From NCBI GenBank assembly GCA_964574605.1, contig CAZNOK010000003.1, positions 1 to 57,157 of the forward strand: a stretch of DNA of 57,157 nucleotides, given 5' to 3'. Positions 31,379-39,610 of the stretch are shown in pieces (positions within the stretch are counted from its first letter, which is position 1; each line of letters starts with the position of its first letter). Source of the stretch: an uncultured Verrucomicrobiota bacterium. GTDB lineage: Bacteria; Verrucomicrobiota; Verrucomicrobiia; Palsa-1439. The translations under genes were made by a program, and so were the position numbers. The notes under the pieces were generated by a model. That model had not been told where the DNA came from. It saw only the letters and a program-made list of their open reading frames with translations, and did not search any database.

Positions 31379-31741
31379 TTACTTCTGTTTGCCGACAGCG
31401 AGTTTCTCGACCTTCTTGCCCTTCTGGAGGTGCTCGGCGACAATCTGCTTCGCCTTCTCGGCGTCGAGCTGGGCGTAGGTCGTCTTCTCGCCGCTGGCTT
31501 CCTCGATCTGGATGACCGGCTCGATGTTTTCGAGGCCGTGCTCGCCGGTGACGCGGACTTCCACGTCGTCGAGACCGCGCTTCTCGATCTCGTCGAGCAT
31601 GGTCTTCATGACTTCGCGCGCGCCGGCCGCAATGCCGCTGGTGCCCATGCTGACGACGACGCGGTACTTCTTCCCGCTCTCGCGCAGGGCGACTTGCTTC
31701 TGGGCTTTTTCTTTAAGTTGTTTGAGTTGTTCGAGGTTCAT
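31379..31741 (-). CDS. Thioredoxin-like ferredoxin-fold protein (HndB/HydD-like) with no cysteines
   Basis: VSMGTSGIAAGAREV, TGEHGLENIEP and IVAEHL align with the HndB pattern MGTCGIAAGA / TGC.G.C..EP. Confidence 0.85.
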   Translation of the reverse strand: MNLEQLKQLKEKAQKQVALRESGKKYRVVVSMGTSGIAAGAREVMKTMLDEIEKRGLDDVEVRVTGEHGLENIEPVIQIEEASGEKTTYAQLDAEKAKQIVAEHLQKGKKVEKLAVGKQK

Positions 31742-32199
31742 GATGTTTTCTCCTGTGAGCTAAACTGAAATTTTTCCGTGTCGATCTGGTAGTGGAGGCG
31801 AATGTCAACTTTCGGGTTGGCGGCGCAAAGTGTGAGGATGGTCGAGTTCAAGTCACCGAGCGCGGGACGGTCAACGTGATTGAGGCGCATCGAGGCGGTG
31901 ACGCTGGTGCCTTTGCCGGGCGCGCTTTTGACGTAGAAACTGCCGCCACACATCTCGGTGGTTTGACGGAGCAACGCGAGACCGAGGCCGATGTTTTTCT
32001 TACGCGCGCGTTTCGTTGTGCCGCCGCGCAAGACGCGCTGCAACGTCGCGCTGTCCATGCCGTGGCCGTTGTCGCGGATGCGCAGGATGAGCCAGTCGCG
32101 TTTCTGGCTTTCCAGGACGCTGATCTCAACCTTGCTGGCATTGGCGGCGAGTGAGTTCATCGCGATGTCGAGAATGTGCAGTGACAGTTCCTCAAACAT
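31738..32199 (-). CDS. Stand-alone HATPase_c (GHKL) ATP-binding protein
   Basis: ELSLHILDIAMNS, IRDNGHGM, GLGLALL, GKGT, HVDRPALGD; this type is familiar from hnd/hyd clusters. Confidence 0.88.
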   Translation of the reverse strand: MFEELSLHILDIAMNSLAANASKVEISVLESQKRDWLILRIRDNGHGMDSATLQRVLRGGTTKRARKKNIGLGLALLRQTTEMCGGSFYVKSAPGKGTSVTASMRLNHVDRPALGDLNSTILTLCAANPKVDIRLHYQIDTEKFQFSSQEKTS

Positions 32200-32728
32200 A
32201 TTTTTTTAACTCGGTCTTCACCAACGCCGGGATCTTGTCGGCTTGAAGCTTGCCGTACACGTCGTCGCCGACGGCGATGGCCGGAGCGAGCGCGCAGGCG
32301 CCGATGCAACGGGCGGTTGTCAGGCTGAACCGGCCGTCCTTGGTGGTCTCGCCTTCCTTGATGCCGAGTTCCTTCTCCATGGCGGCCATGATGGCGTCGG
32401 AGCCGCGGACATGGCAGCCGGTGCCGCGGCAGACCATGATGGTGTGTTTGCCGCGCGGCGTGAGAGTGAACAGATGATAAAACGTCACGACGCCGTACAC
32501 GTGGGAGATCGGCAGTTTCAACGCGCTGGCGATGTAGCGGAGGACGTCGGCGCTGAGGTAGCCGAACATCTGTTGCGCGGCGTGGAGGATTTGAATGAGC
32601 GCAGTCGGCTCGTGGTTGTAGTTCTCCATCGTCTTGTCGAGCGCGGCAAAACGCGGGTCGCCGCTGGGATGTGTGGTGTCCATCGCGGCAAGGCGCGCGG
32701 TCTGGCTGATTTGTGATTGGTCGCTCAT
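32192..32728 (-). CDS. NuoE/HoxE/HydC-like [2Fe-2S] subunit
   Basis: LIQILH.AQ..FGYL, VVTFY, CRGTGCHVRG, CIGACALAP. Confidence 0.93.
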   Translation of the reverse strand: MSDQSQISQTARLAAMDTTHPSGDPRFAALDKTMENYNHEPTALIQILHAAQQMFGYLSADVLRYIASALKLPISHVYGVVTFYHLFTLTPRGKHTIMVCRGTGCHVRGSDAIMAAMEKELGIKEGETTKDGRFSLTTARCIGACALAPAIAVGDDVYGKLQADKIPALVKTELKKYV

Positions 32729-33069
32729 CGTAGTCCTGCCTCCCAGAGTTTGCCGGCGGCCTCGTAGCTGCTCAACTGCGTGCTCAAAACGGTCACGCCA
32801 GATTCTTCGGCCTCGGCAAGGGTTTGCGGGTCAAGTTTGCGTCCTCGGGTAATCAATACGGCGGAAATATCTTTCATGCTGGCGACGGAGACGACATTAC
32901 GGTGGACTTGGATCGTGATCCATAACACGTCGGGTTTGGCGCTGGCAAGCACGTCGCTCAATAAATCGCCGGCGTAACAGCCGCATACTTGGGCGTCGGC
33001 GTTGCCAGTCAGCAGTTCGGCCTGCAACAGTCCCAGCAGTTCTTTGATGGTCATAGTGCCGTCTTTCAT
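32725..33069 (-). CDS. DRTGG-domain protein
   Basis: YAGDLLSDVLA, WITIQVHRNVVSVA, SSYEAAGKL. Start could be 33054. Confidence 0.85.
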   Translation of the reverse strand: MKDGTMTIKELLGLLQAELLTGNADAQVCGCYAGDLLSDVLASAKPDVLWITIQVHRNVVSVASMKDISAVLITRGRKLDPQTLAEAEESGVTVLSTQLSSYEAAGKLWEAGLR

Positions 33070-34028
33070 GTTTTGTGTTCCGCCTTCTTCAACTTGATTT
33101 CAGCGTGCAAATGAGTGCCGATGCCAAGTTCGGTGTGCAGATCGAACCGGTCGGCGCATTTTTTTATGTTGGTCAATCCCATGCCGGCGCCAAAGCCGAG
33201 CTGGCGCGCGAGCGGCCCGGCCGTGGACCAGCCTTCCTGCATGGCGAGATTGACGTCTTCGATGCCGGGACCGCGATCCACGGCGTCAATCGTGACGCGA
33301 TCGGGCTCGATGACCGCACGCAGCTCGCCGCCAATGGAGTGGATGATGATGTTGGTCTCGGCCTCGTACGCGACAATGGCGGCGCGGCGGCGGGCTTCGG
33401 GATCAATGCCGCGCTGGCGCAGGGTTTCGCGCATTCGTTGCGAGACTTTGCCGGCGCTGTCGAAGTCGCCGGATTTGATCGGGGCGCGAAGGACGATGCG
33501 GTGGGCTTTTTCGTCGGCCTGACGTTCAGCGACCAGCACGGCTTCGTGGGCGACGGCTTGTTCGGCGCGTTCTTCGAGGTGATGAACAAGGGCGTTGGAG
33601 ATGTCGCCGCGGGTGATGATGCCGACCAACTGGTCGCAGACGTCCAAGACCGGGAACCGCCCGAAACCGTGGCGGTCGAACTCAGCGACGGCGCGCACGA
33701 GCGTATAGTGGTCGCGCAACGTGACGGGGTTTTGCGTCATCCATTTGTCGGAGGCGTCGTTGATGTGACCTTTGTCGAGGGCATTGATGATGTCCTCGAT
33801 GCTGACGACGCCGAGCAATTTGTCGTCTTGTGTGATGGGCACACCGGAGATCCGATGTGTTTTCATCAGGTGCTGGATGGCGCGGAGCGAGTCGGAAGGA
33901 CGCGCCGTGATCGGGTCTTTGTGCATGGCGTCGCGCACACGCAACTCATAGATGAGCAATTGCGCCAGCGTCACCTTGCGCCTGTCGGTGGCACTCAGGA
34001 TTTGGTTGATGGCGGTCGGGTTTTCCAT
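33066..34028 (-). CDS. CBS-pair protein fused to an RsbT/RsbW-like Ser/Thr kinase
   Basis: CBS motifs ISGVPI and GRFPVLD...LVGIITRGDI; kinase motifs YEAETNIIIH, DRGPGI, GFGAGMGL.NIK. Start ATG 34028. Confidence 0.9.
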   Translation of the reverse strand: MENPTAINQILSATDRRKVTLAQLLIYELRVRDAMHKDPITARPSDSLRAIQHLMKTHRISGVPITQDDKLLGVVSIEDIINALDKGHINDASDKWMTQNPVTLRDHYTLVRAVAEFDRHGFGRFPVLDVCDQLVGIITRGDISNALVHHLEERAEQAVAHEAVLVAERQADEKAHRIVLRAPIKSGDFDSAGKVSQRMRETLRQRGIDPEARRRAAIVAYEAETNIIIHSIGGELRAVIEPDRVTIDAVDRGPGIEDVNLAMQEGWSTAGPLARQLGFGAGMGLTNIKKCADRFDLHTELGIGTHLHAEIKLKKAEHKT

Positions 34029-34164
34029 GAGAAGCTCCGCCGGTGTCAAATCCACTTTCCGCTGGGCAACGCTTGACGCAGAACCGAACCTGCAAAGCCA
34101 CAGGAATCCTGTGCAGTATTTAAGCGCATTGTGTGTTGAATGAGCATCGCCCGCGCTACTGTTT

Positions 34165-34180
34165 AGCAACAGCCTTGCCA
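34165..34180 (-). promoter_or_regulatory. Sigma54 (RpoN) -24/-12 promoter
   Basis: Minus strand TGGCAAGGCTGTTGCT has exact GG-N10-GC spacing, about 137 bp upstream of the first operon ATG. Confidence 0.75.
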
Positions 34181-34282
34181 CACCCAATATGCTGTTGGCG
34201 GACATAACGTAAACCACTGGAAGCAAAACTGATAAAGATAATCGTCCAGTGCCGCTTCCCTAGGGTCGTATCGCGATGCGCC

Positions 34283-34325
34283 GACAACTTGTCAGTACTT
34301 TGCCATTAGGATGACAAACTGGCAA
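34283..34325. promoter_or_regulatory. Putative upstream activator (bEBP) sites
   Basis: TGTCA 34290, TGCCA 34301 and TGACA 34312 (11-bp phasing) plus TGGCA 34320; dyad TGCCA-N6-TGACA. Confidence 0.45.
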
Positions 34326-34361
34326 GATAACCCGCTTGGTTTGCCTCCGGTCAGCTTTGTT

Positions 34362-34664
34362 TCACGGGTGCGAAACTGTCGGGGTTTCCGCGTGCAAACC
34401 TGTTCGCCACAAGAAGTAGATAGTGGCAATACACATTCCCACTGCCACACCGCACAGCACCACACCAGTGGTTGTCAGCCGCAGGAGAAGAACCTCGTTC
34501 TCGAACGCCCGGCGGTACGCTTCCGGCACGCCGGCTTTGGATAACACGCTTATGGAATGCTCCAAACCATAAAACAGCGCCACGAAGAATCCCCCAAGCA
34601 CGATGAACGCAGCCACGGCTTTCTTCAGGCCGTGACGCCCCAACGGCCGCAACAAAGTATTCAT
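34362..34664 (-). CDS. Hypothetical small membrane protein (2 TM)
   Basis: AAGGA RBS before the ATG; two hydrophobic segments. Confidence 0.65.
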   Translation of the reverse strand: MNTLLRPLGRHGLKKAVAAFIVLGGFFVALFYGLEHSISVLSKAGVPEAYRRAFENEVLLLRLTTTGVVLCGVAVGMCIATIYFLWRTGLHAETPTVSHP

Positions 34665-34735
34665 ATGGTTCCTTACGCCTTTCTCAGTTGTAACGTAAAT
34701 GTCTGCTGGTCATCTTTAGCAGTCTTCGCGCCATC

Positions 34736-35902
34736 CTACTTCAATCCATCGCGTATCGCAGCGACGCCGACGCCCAAAACCTTCAACGCCACCGCCTCAA
34801 GGTCGTTTTCCTCCCCTTGCAGGTGGGTTGTGCGATGAACGTGCGTCGCCGATTTGCCCGGCACCAGTGCCAGCGCGGGTGACGAGCTTTCCAACTCGTA
34901 AAACGCCCCCATCTTGCCATTGTCGTTGTAGCTGTTGACCGCGTCGCCGCTGAACGGGTCATCCTGAAGTTTCCACATCGAATCGACATAATCGGCCGCG
35001 CCTTTCGGCAACGTAAACTGAGCGATTGTCAGCACCCTGTTGACCGCGTCGTAGCTACCAAGAACCGATTTGGCGCGTTTCGGCGTCAGGCCGATTTTGC
35101 TCCGGCACTTCGCGTCGGCGGCAAAGAACAACACGCCATCCTTCACCACAAGGCGTTCCGCCGGCACTTTGCCGAAGTAGGCATCATTGACGATTGGGCC
35201 AAGCTTCGCTTCCGGGCCTTTCACGAACGGCACGACAACCGTCGTAGCCGGCGAGGCGTTGAGCATGCCGAGCATCCAAATGGAGAGCAGCCCGGTCTCC
35301 TTCGTCCACGCGGTCTTGCCGGTGTTCTTGAGCGTATTGACCGACTCGACGGCAACGGCCTTGACCGACGGTTTCAAGCGGACGCCAAGATGCTTCGTGG
35401 CATCCACAAGCCGGACTTCGCGCGTGACTTCGACGTCGAACTTCGTCCCGGAGTAGTTGGTCAACTGGAAGGCTCGGCGGAAGACGGCCTTGTCGGCGCT
35501 CTTGCTGACGGTCTCGAACGGCTCCGTGTCAATCGGCGCGGGCGTGAACCAGTGTTCGAGATCGAACGGCATGCCTTTGGCGAAGAAAACAGAGAACTGT
35601 CCGCCTTCCGGCCCGATCCAGAAACGGTCTTCGCCGCCGAAGACGTTGATGTGCTGCACGAATTTCCCGGAGGCGACGAGTTCACGGTTGATCCAGCCGA
35701 AACTGAAACCATTGGGACCCGCGGCGGTGCTGGTCATGATGCGGCCTTGGTAGGCGGGAACGATGGCCGCTTGGGCGTCGCCCTTGGCGAGCACGATCAC
35801 GTCGGTGTGCTTCTTCAGGAAATCAACGTCGTCTTGGAATTGAATGGCCATGAGTTTCTCCGCAGTAAGAACAGCAACGGCAAGGCAAATGATCCGTTTC
35901 AT
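34736..35902 (-). CDS. Conserved secreted protein, DUF6786-like
   Basis: Signal peptide, QGRIMTST, FGGEDRFWIGPEGGQFS, FYELESSSPA. Start ATG 35902. Confidence 0.8.
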   Translation of the reverse strand: MKRIICLAVAVLTAEKLMAIQFQDDVDFLKKHTDVIVLAKGDAQAAIVPAYQGRIMTSTAAGPNGFSFGWINRELVASGKFVQHINVFGGEDRFWIGPEGGQFSVFFAKGMPFDLEHWFTPAPIDTEPFETVSKSADKAVFRRAFQLTNYSGTKFDVEVTREVRLVDATKHLGVRLKPSVKAVAVESVNTLKNTGKTAWTKETGLLSIWMLGMLNASPATTVVVPFVKGPEAKLGPIVNDAYFGKVPAERLVVKDGVLFFAADAKCRSKIGLTPKRAKSVLGSYDAVNRVLTIAQFTLPKGAADYVDSMWKLQDDPFSGDAVNSYNDNGKMGAFYELESSSPALALVPGKSATHVHRTTHLQGEENDLEAVALKVLGVGVAAIRDGLK

Positions 35903-36002
35903 GCCCGCGGATGATGTCAGAAACCGCCAGCGGTTGCAAGCCGGGACGCGCAACGCTTTCCGTTGTTGACAGGCCAAGAACGCAGGAGTGAAATGCAGCC
36001 GG

Positions 36003-36560
36003 ATGAAGCAGCCATCGCGACAAGCTTGCCGTGGGTTTACACGCACGGAACTGCTGGTTGTGATTGTCGCTATCGGAGTTCTCGCCGGGTTGATTGACTG
36101 GCCTCGCCCATGGGAGATTCGTGAATCTGCTCGTCGCATCCAGTGCCTCAACAACCTGAAGCAAATCGGCGAGGGTTTGCAGATGTACTATGAAGACAAC
36201 TCCGCTGCACCGCCTTCCTTCGCTTCCACAAACTTCTGGCCTTACATTGGCAGCACGTCGAAACCCCTTCGCTGTCCCAGTGATTCATCCAAGCCGTGGA
36301 CGACGAACATGACCCAATTTGTGAGCAATCTTGGACTCTACTGTAGCTATTGGTATCTCCCGTCGAAAATTCCGGAGACAAATTGGCCAACACCTGTGGC
36401 ATGGGACCGAGGCGTCTGCGAACCGAGTGGCCCTTGGCCAGTCAAATCACCTCACAAAGGAGATGGCGCCAACGTCCTCTGGTCGGATGGTCACGTGGAT
36501 TGGAACAGGAAGTTCCCCACCAACCACATCAACACCGTTGGTATTGTTCGGTTCGAGTGA
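36003..36560 (+). CDS. Prepilin-type N-terminal / H-X9-DG domain protein (DUF1559-like)
   Basis: RG-FTRTELLVVIVAIGVLAGL, CLNNLKQIG, CPSD, HKGDGANVLWSDGHV. Confidence 0.85.
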   Translation: MKQPSRQACRGFTRTELLVVIVAIGVLAGLIDWPRPWEIRESARRIQCLNNLKQIGEGLQMYYEDNSAAPPSFASTNFWPYIGSTSKPLRCPSDSSKPWTTNMTQFVSNLGLYCSYWYLPSKIPETNWPTPVAWDRGVCEPSGPWPVKSPHKGDGANVLWSDGHVDWNRKFPTNHINTVGIVRFE

Positions 36561-36566
36561 ACCAGT

Positions 36567-37745
36567 TCAATCGGATTGGCTGAGACGCTTCTGCGGTTCG
36601 GCGTCGTAGAGCGCGTGAGCTTCGCGGAGGATGCCGGGGATGCGGTCGGCGAACGGATTCCTCGCGCACGCGGTACGCATCTTGTGGTCGTCTTTCATCC
36701 GGTCGGCCTTCTCGCCGGGGAACCAGTGAGCGGCGCCGCCACTGAGAAGGTTGTAACGCATCTTCGCCCATTCATCAAGGCCGAGCGGTTTCGCAAACGT
36801 CCAGAGACGGAGAATCTCGACGACGTTGACTTGATCCGGCATCTCGTGGAATTCGGCGAGGCCGTCGCTCCAGTGTGCGCACCAGTCGGCGCCAAGGACG
36901 CACTCCATTTCGGCGCGGAGACGGGCTTCGATTGGGGCGATGGAGTCTTGGTAGGCGAGTGCGGCGACGTGTTCGTCGAAGTCGGATGGCTTGGCGACCC
37001 CGCAACTGAGGGTGTGAGCTTGCGGCCGGGCAAGGCAGTAGAGGTCGTTGAACTGCATCGGCGTGAGCGGCGCGCAGAGCGCGGGCATTTTGCCGGGACG
37101 GTTCTGGAGCATGCCGCCTTTGTCGTTGGGGCTGATGATGAACACGCCCATGTCGAATTTGGTTGCGGCCTCGATGCTCGGCCAGTTCAGCGGGTTGGCG
37201 AAATACCAATGAAGGTTGACGTAGTCGAATTCACCGGTGCGGACGGCGGTGGTGATGATCCGCTCGGTGCCGTGCGTGGAGAACCCGATGAACCGGCAGC
37301 GTCCGTCGCGCTGAAGCCGTCGGGCGGCTTCGAGGCAGCCGCCTTTGCGGAGTGTGAACCGGAGAAGTTCGTCGTTGTTGATGCCGTGGATACCGAAGAG
37401 GTCAACGTAATCGAGCCGGAGGTTGGCCATGGATTGGTTGAATGTGTTGAGGAATTCCTTCGGGTCGGCGGTCGGGCAGACTTTGGTCTGGACGATGATT
37501 TTGTCGCGGGGCAACGTCGGCAGGATGCGTCCGAGTTGGACTTCGGAAGTGCCGTAGCCGCGCGCGGTCTCGATGTGGTGGATGCCGAGTTCAAGCGCGC
37601 GGTGGATACAGGCTTCGAGGTTCGCTTGCTGCTCGGCGGTGATGTTGTTGGCGTCTTCGTCTTTCCAGCTTTGCTGAAACCTCATCCCGCCGCAGGAGAT
37701 GACGGGAAGCTGGAGGTTGGTGCGGCCGAAGCGGCGGTAGTTCAT
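36567..37745 (-). CDS. Aldo/keto reductase
   Basis: YRRFGRT, GIHHIETARGYGTSE, VQTK, DYVDLFGIHG, IGFSTHG. Confidence 0.92.
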   Translation of the reverse strand: MNYRRFGRTNLQLPVISCGGMRFQQSWKDEDANNITAEQQANLEACIHRALELGIHHIETARGYGTSEVQLGRILPTLPRDKIIVQTKVCPTADPKEFLNTFNQSMANLRLDYVDLFGIHGINNDELLRFTLRKGGCLEAARRLQRDGRCRFIGFSTHGTERIITTAVRTGEFDYVNLHWYFANPLNWPSIEAATKFDMGVFIISPNDKGGMLQNRPGKMPALCAPLTPMQFNDLYCLARPQAHTLSCGVAKPSDFDEHVAALAYQDSIAPIEARLRAEMECVLGADWCAHWSDGLAEFHEMPDQVNVVEILRLWTFAKPLGLDEWAKMRYNLLSGGAAHWFPGEKADRMKDDHKMRTACARNPFADRIPGILREAHALYDAEPQKRLSQSD

Positions 37746-39526
37746 GGCTCACACTGTAGCACAACTTTCCACGTCGCGTCCTGTCCCTCGGCCAGCGGTG
37801 CTGTGAACCCGACGACGCTCACGCCCGGATTCGGCTCATCGAAATCATGCGGCGGCGGGTCCGCCTGCCACACGCGGAGCTTGGCACCCGCGGGCGAGAG
37901 CACCTCGATGCGGAGCCGTTTGCCGTCCTTCTCCAGCCAACCGCCCGGCTTCAACGTGCCCGGCGTCACCATCGCCCAGCGCACATGTTCCGGTTTTGTT
38001 CCGGCTTTCAACCGATCCTCGATGACCACGCGCCGGTTGCCCTCAACGCTGAACCGACGTATCGCAGAGGCGAGTTGGCCGGCGTAAGTCGCGGTCAAGT
38101 CCACGACGGCAGTCATCCGTTCCGCGGAGAACTCCGTGATTGGCGCGCGGCTCTTGAGGACCTGTTCGTTGTCGTCCACCAGCAACGTGCTGTGGCCGCG
38201 GTTGTGGTAGCGGAACAACTTCCAGCGTTCGCCGCCTTGGCGTCCATCCCACAGACCAAACCCGCGGCTTTCCAGTTCGTGGTAACCCTGACGGCCAAGA
38301 TCAAGCGACCAACGCACCCCATCGGCTTCGAGAATGAACGAACCGACGTCCATGTGACCGTGACTCGCGCTCGGACTGCCGGCCTTGATGGCGAGATAGA
38401 GCGCGTTCGGGTCCGTCCACGACGTCCGGAACACCGCCAGCGGATTCGTGCCGCGCCCGCACCAGTTCTTCACCGGCGGTTCTGTGCGGTGCAACTTCGG
38501 GTCAAGCCAAAGCAACGTCAGCGGGAAGAACCGGTCGTGTTGCGTCTCTCTCGCCTCGCGCCGCAACAGGCCCTCCTCGAACCACAACAATTCCGGTCGC
38601 TGTGTTCGCGCCGCGAACCAGAGCATCGCGGGCGAGAAGACGACGCCGTTGCCGCAATCGCTGAAATTGTAGTAGTCGCCAGTCGGCCCGGTCATCTGGA
38701 GCGGGAACTCGCCGGTCTTCAGGAAGCCCGGAGTTTGCGACAACCCGAAATCCGTGCCGAGCGCCGATTCCAGCATCGAGATAAGTACAACGTTGTAAGT
38801 CGTGCCGTAGTTCCAATACATCGGGCCTTCGGGATACGCGCCATCTGGTTCATACACCTTCATCGCGTAGGGCAACCCTTTCAACGCGCGCGAAACGACT
38901 TCCGCCGCCCGCGTTGGATTCTCCTCCAACAACGCCAACGCACCCGCCAACATGCCGCCGTGACAAACTTGCGTCCAGTTGTTGCCGCCGCGTTCCCAGC
39001 CATGTTTTGAGCCGGGCTTCAAGTACGGCCCAAGCCCTTTCTTCTCAATGGCCTCCCGGATTTCCGCGCGCTCCGACCGCGACAGCTTCGCGTAAAACCA
39101 ATCGTACCCGACGGCCATCGCCAATGTCATCTCTGCCGTGTCGAGAAAATGCGACGGATTCCAATCCGGCATCGCCGCCGCCGCTTTCATCTCCGCAATC
39201 GCACGGGTAACGTAACGTTTGTCGCCGGTCATCCGCGCAGCAAACCCAAGGTGGATAATCCGGCACAACGCCTCCCGCGACCGATGTAACAGTCGTCGTC
39301 CTTGTTTCACGTAAGCCACCGGCGGCTCGCTGAGCATCCGATCCGCCGAAACGCGAACTGCATCCCAAACCGCCGCGCAACGCGGGTCTTGTTTGATCTT
39401 GGCGCACACGGTCTCCTCGTCGCGCGCCGTCCAAAACAACCGCGGATGCGGCGCGGCCTTCTCGATGCGCTCTTGGATGTCCTCTCCGCCAACCAACAAG
39501 ACAGCGGCAAACAGAATCGTGGTCAT
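37742..39526 (-). CDS. Heparinase II/III-family lyase-like protein
   Basis: HPRLF, HFLDTAE, NNWTQVC, EGPMYWNYG, NFSD, HGHMDVGSF, HSTL. Start ATG 39526. Confidence 0.85.
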   Translation of the reverse strand: MTTILFAAVLLVGGEDIQERIEKAAPHPRLFWTARDEETVCAKIKQDPRCAAVWDAVRVSADRMLSEPPVAYVKQGRRLLHRSREALCRIIHLGFAARMTGDKRYVTRAIAEMKAAAAMPDWNPSHFLDTAEMTLAMAVGYDWFYAKLSRSERAEIREAIEKKGLGPYLKPGSKHGWERGGNNWTQVCHGGMLAGALALLEENPTRAAEVVSRALKGLPYAMKVYEPDGAYPEGPMYWNYGTTYNVVLISMLESALGTDFGLSQTPGFLKTGEFPLQMTGPTGDYYNFSDCGNGVVFSPAMLWFAARTQRPELLWFEEGLLRREARETQHDRFFPLTLLWLDPKLHRTEPPVKNWCGRGTNPLAVFRTSWTDPNALYLAIKAGSPSASHGHMDVGSFILEADGVRWSLDLGRQGYHELESRGFGLWDGRQGGERWKLFRYHNRGHSTLLVDDNEQVLKSRAPITEFSAERMTAVVDLTATYAGQLASAIRRFSVEGNRRVVIEDRLKAGTKPEHVRWAMVTPGTLKPGGWLEKDGKRLRIEVLSPAGAKLRVWQADPPPHDFDEPNPGVSVVGFTAPLAEGQDATWKVVLQCEP

Positions 39527-39610
39527 GCCGGCGAAAATACCTGACGGAAAGCGGGCGTCCAACTGCAAATTCACTTGCGACAACGCGGTGTGGCTGGCTA
39601 TACAGCCGCC

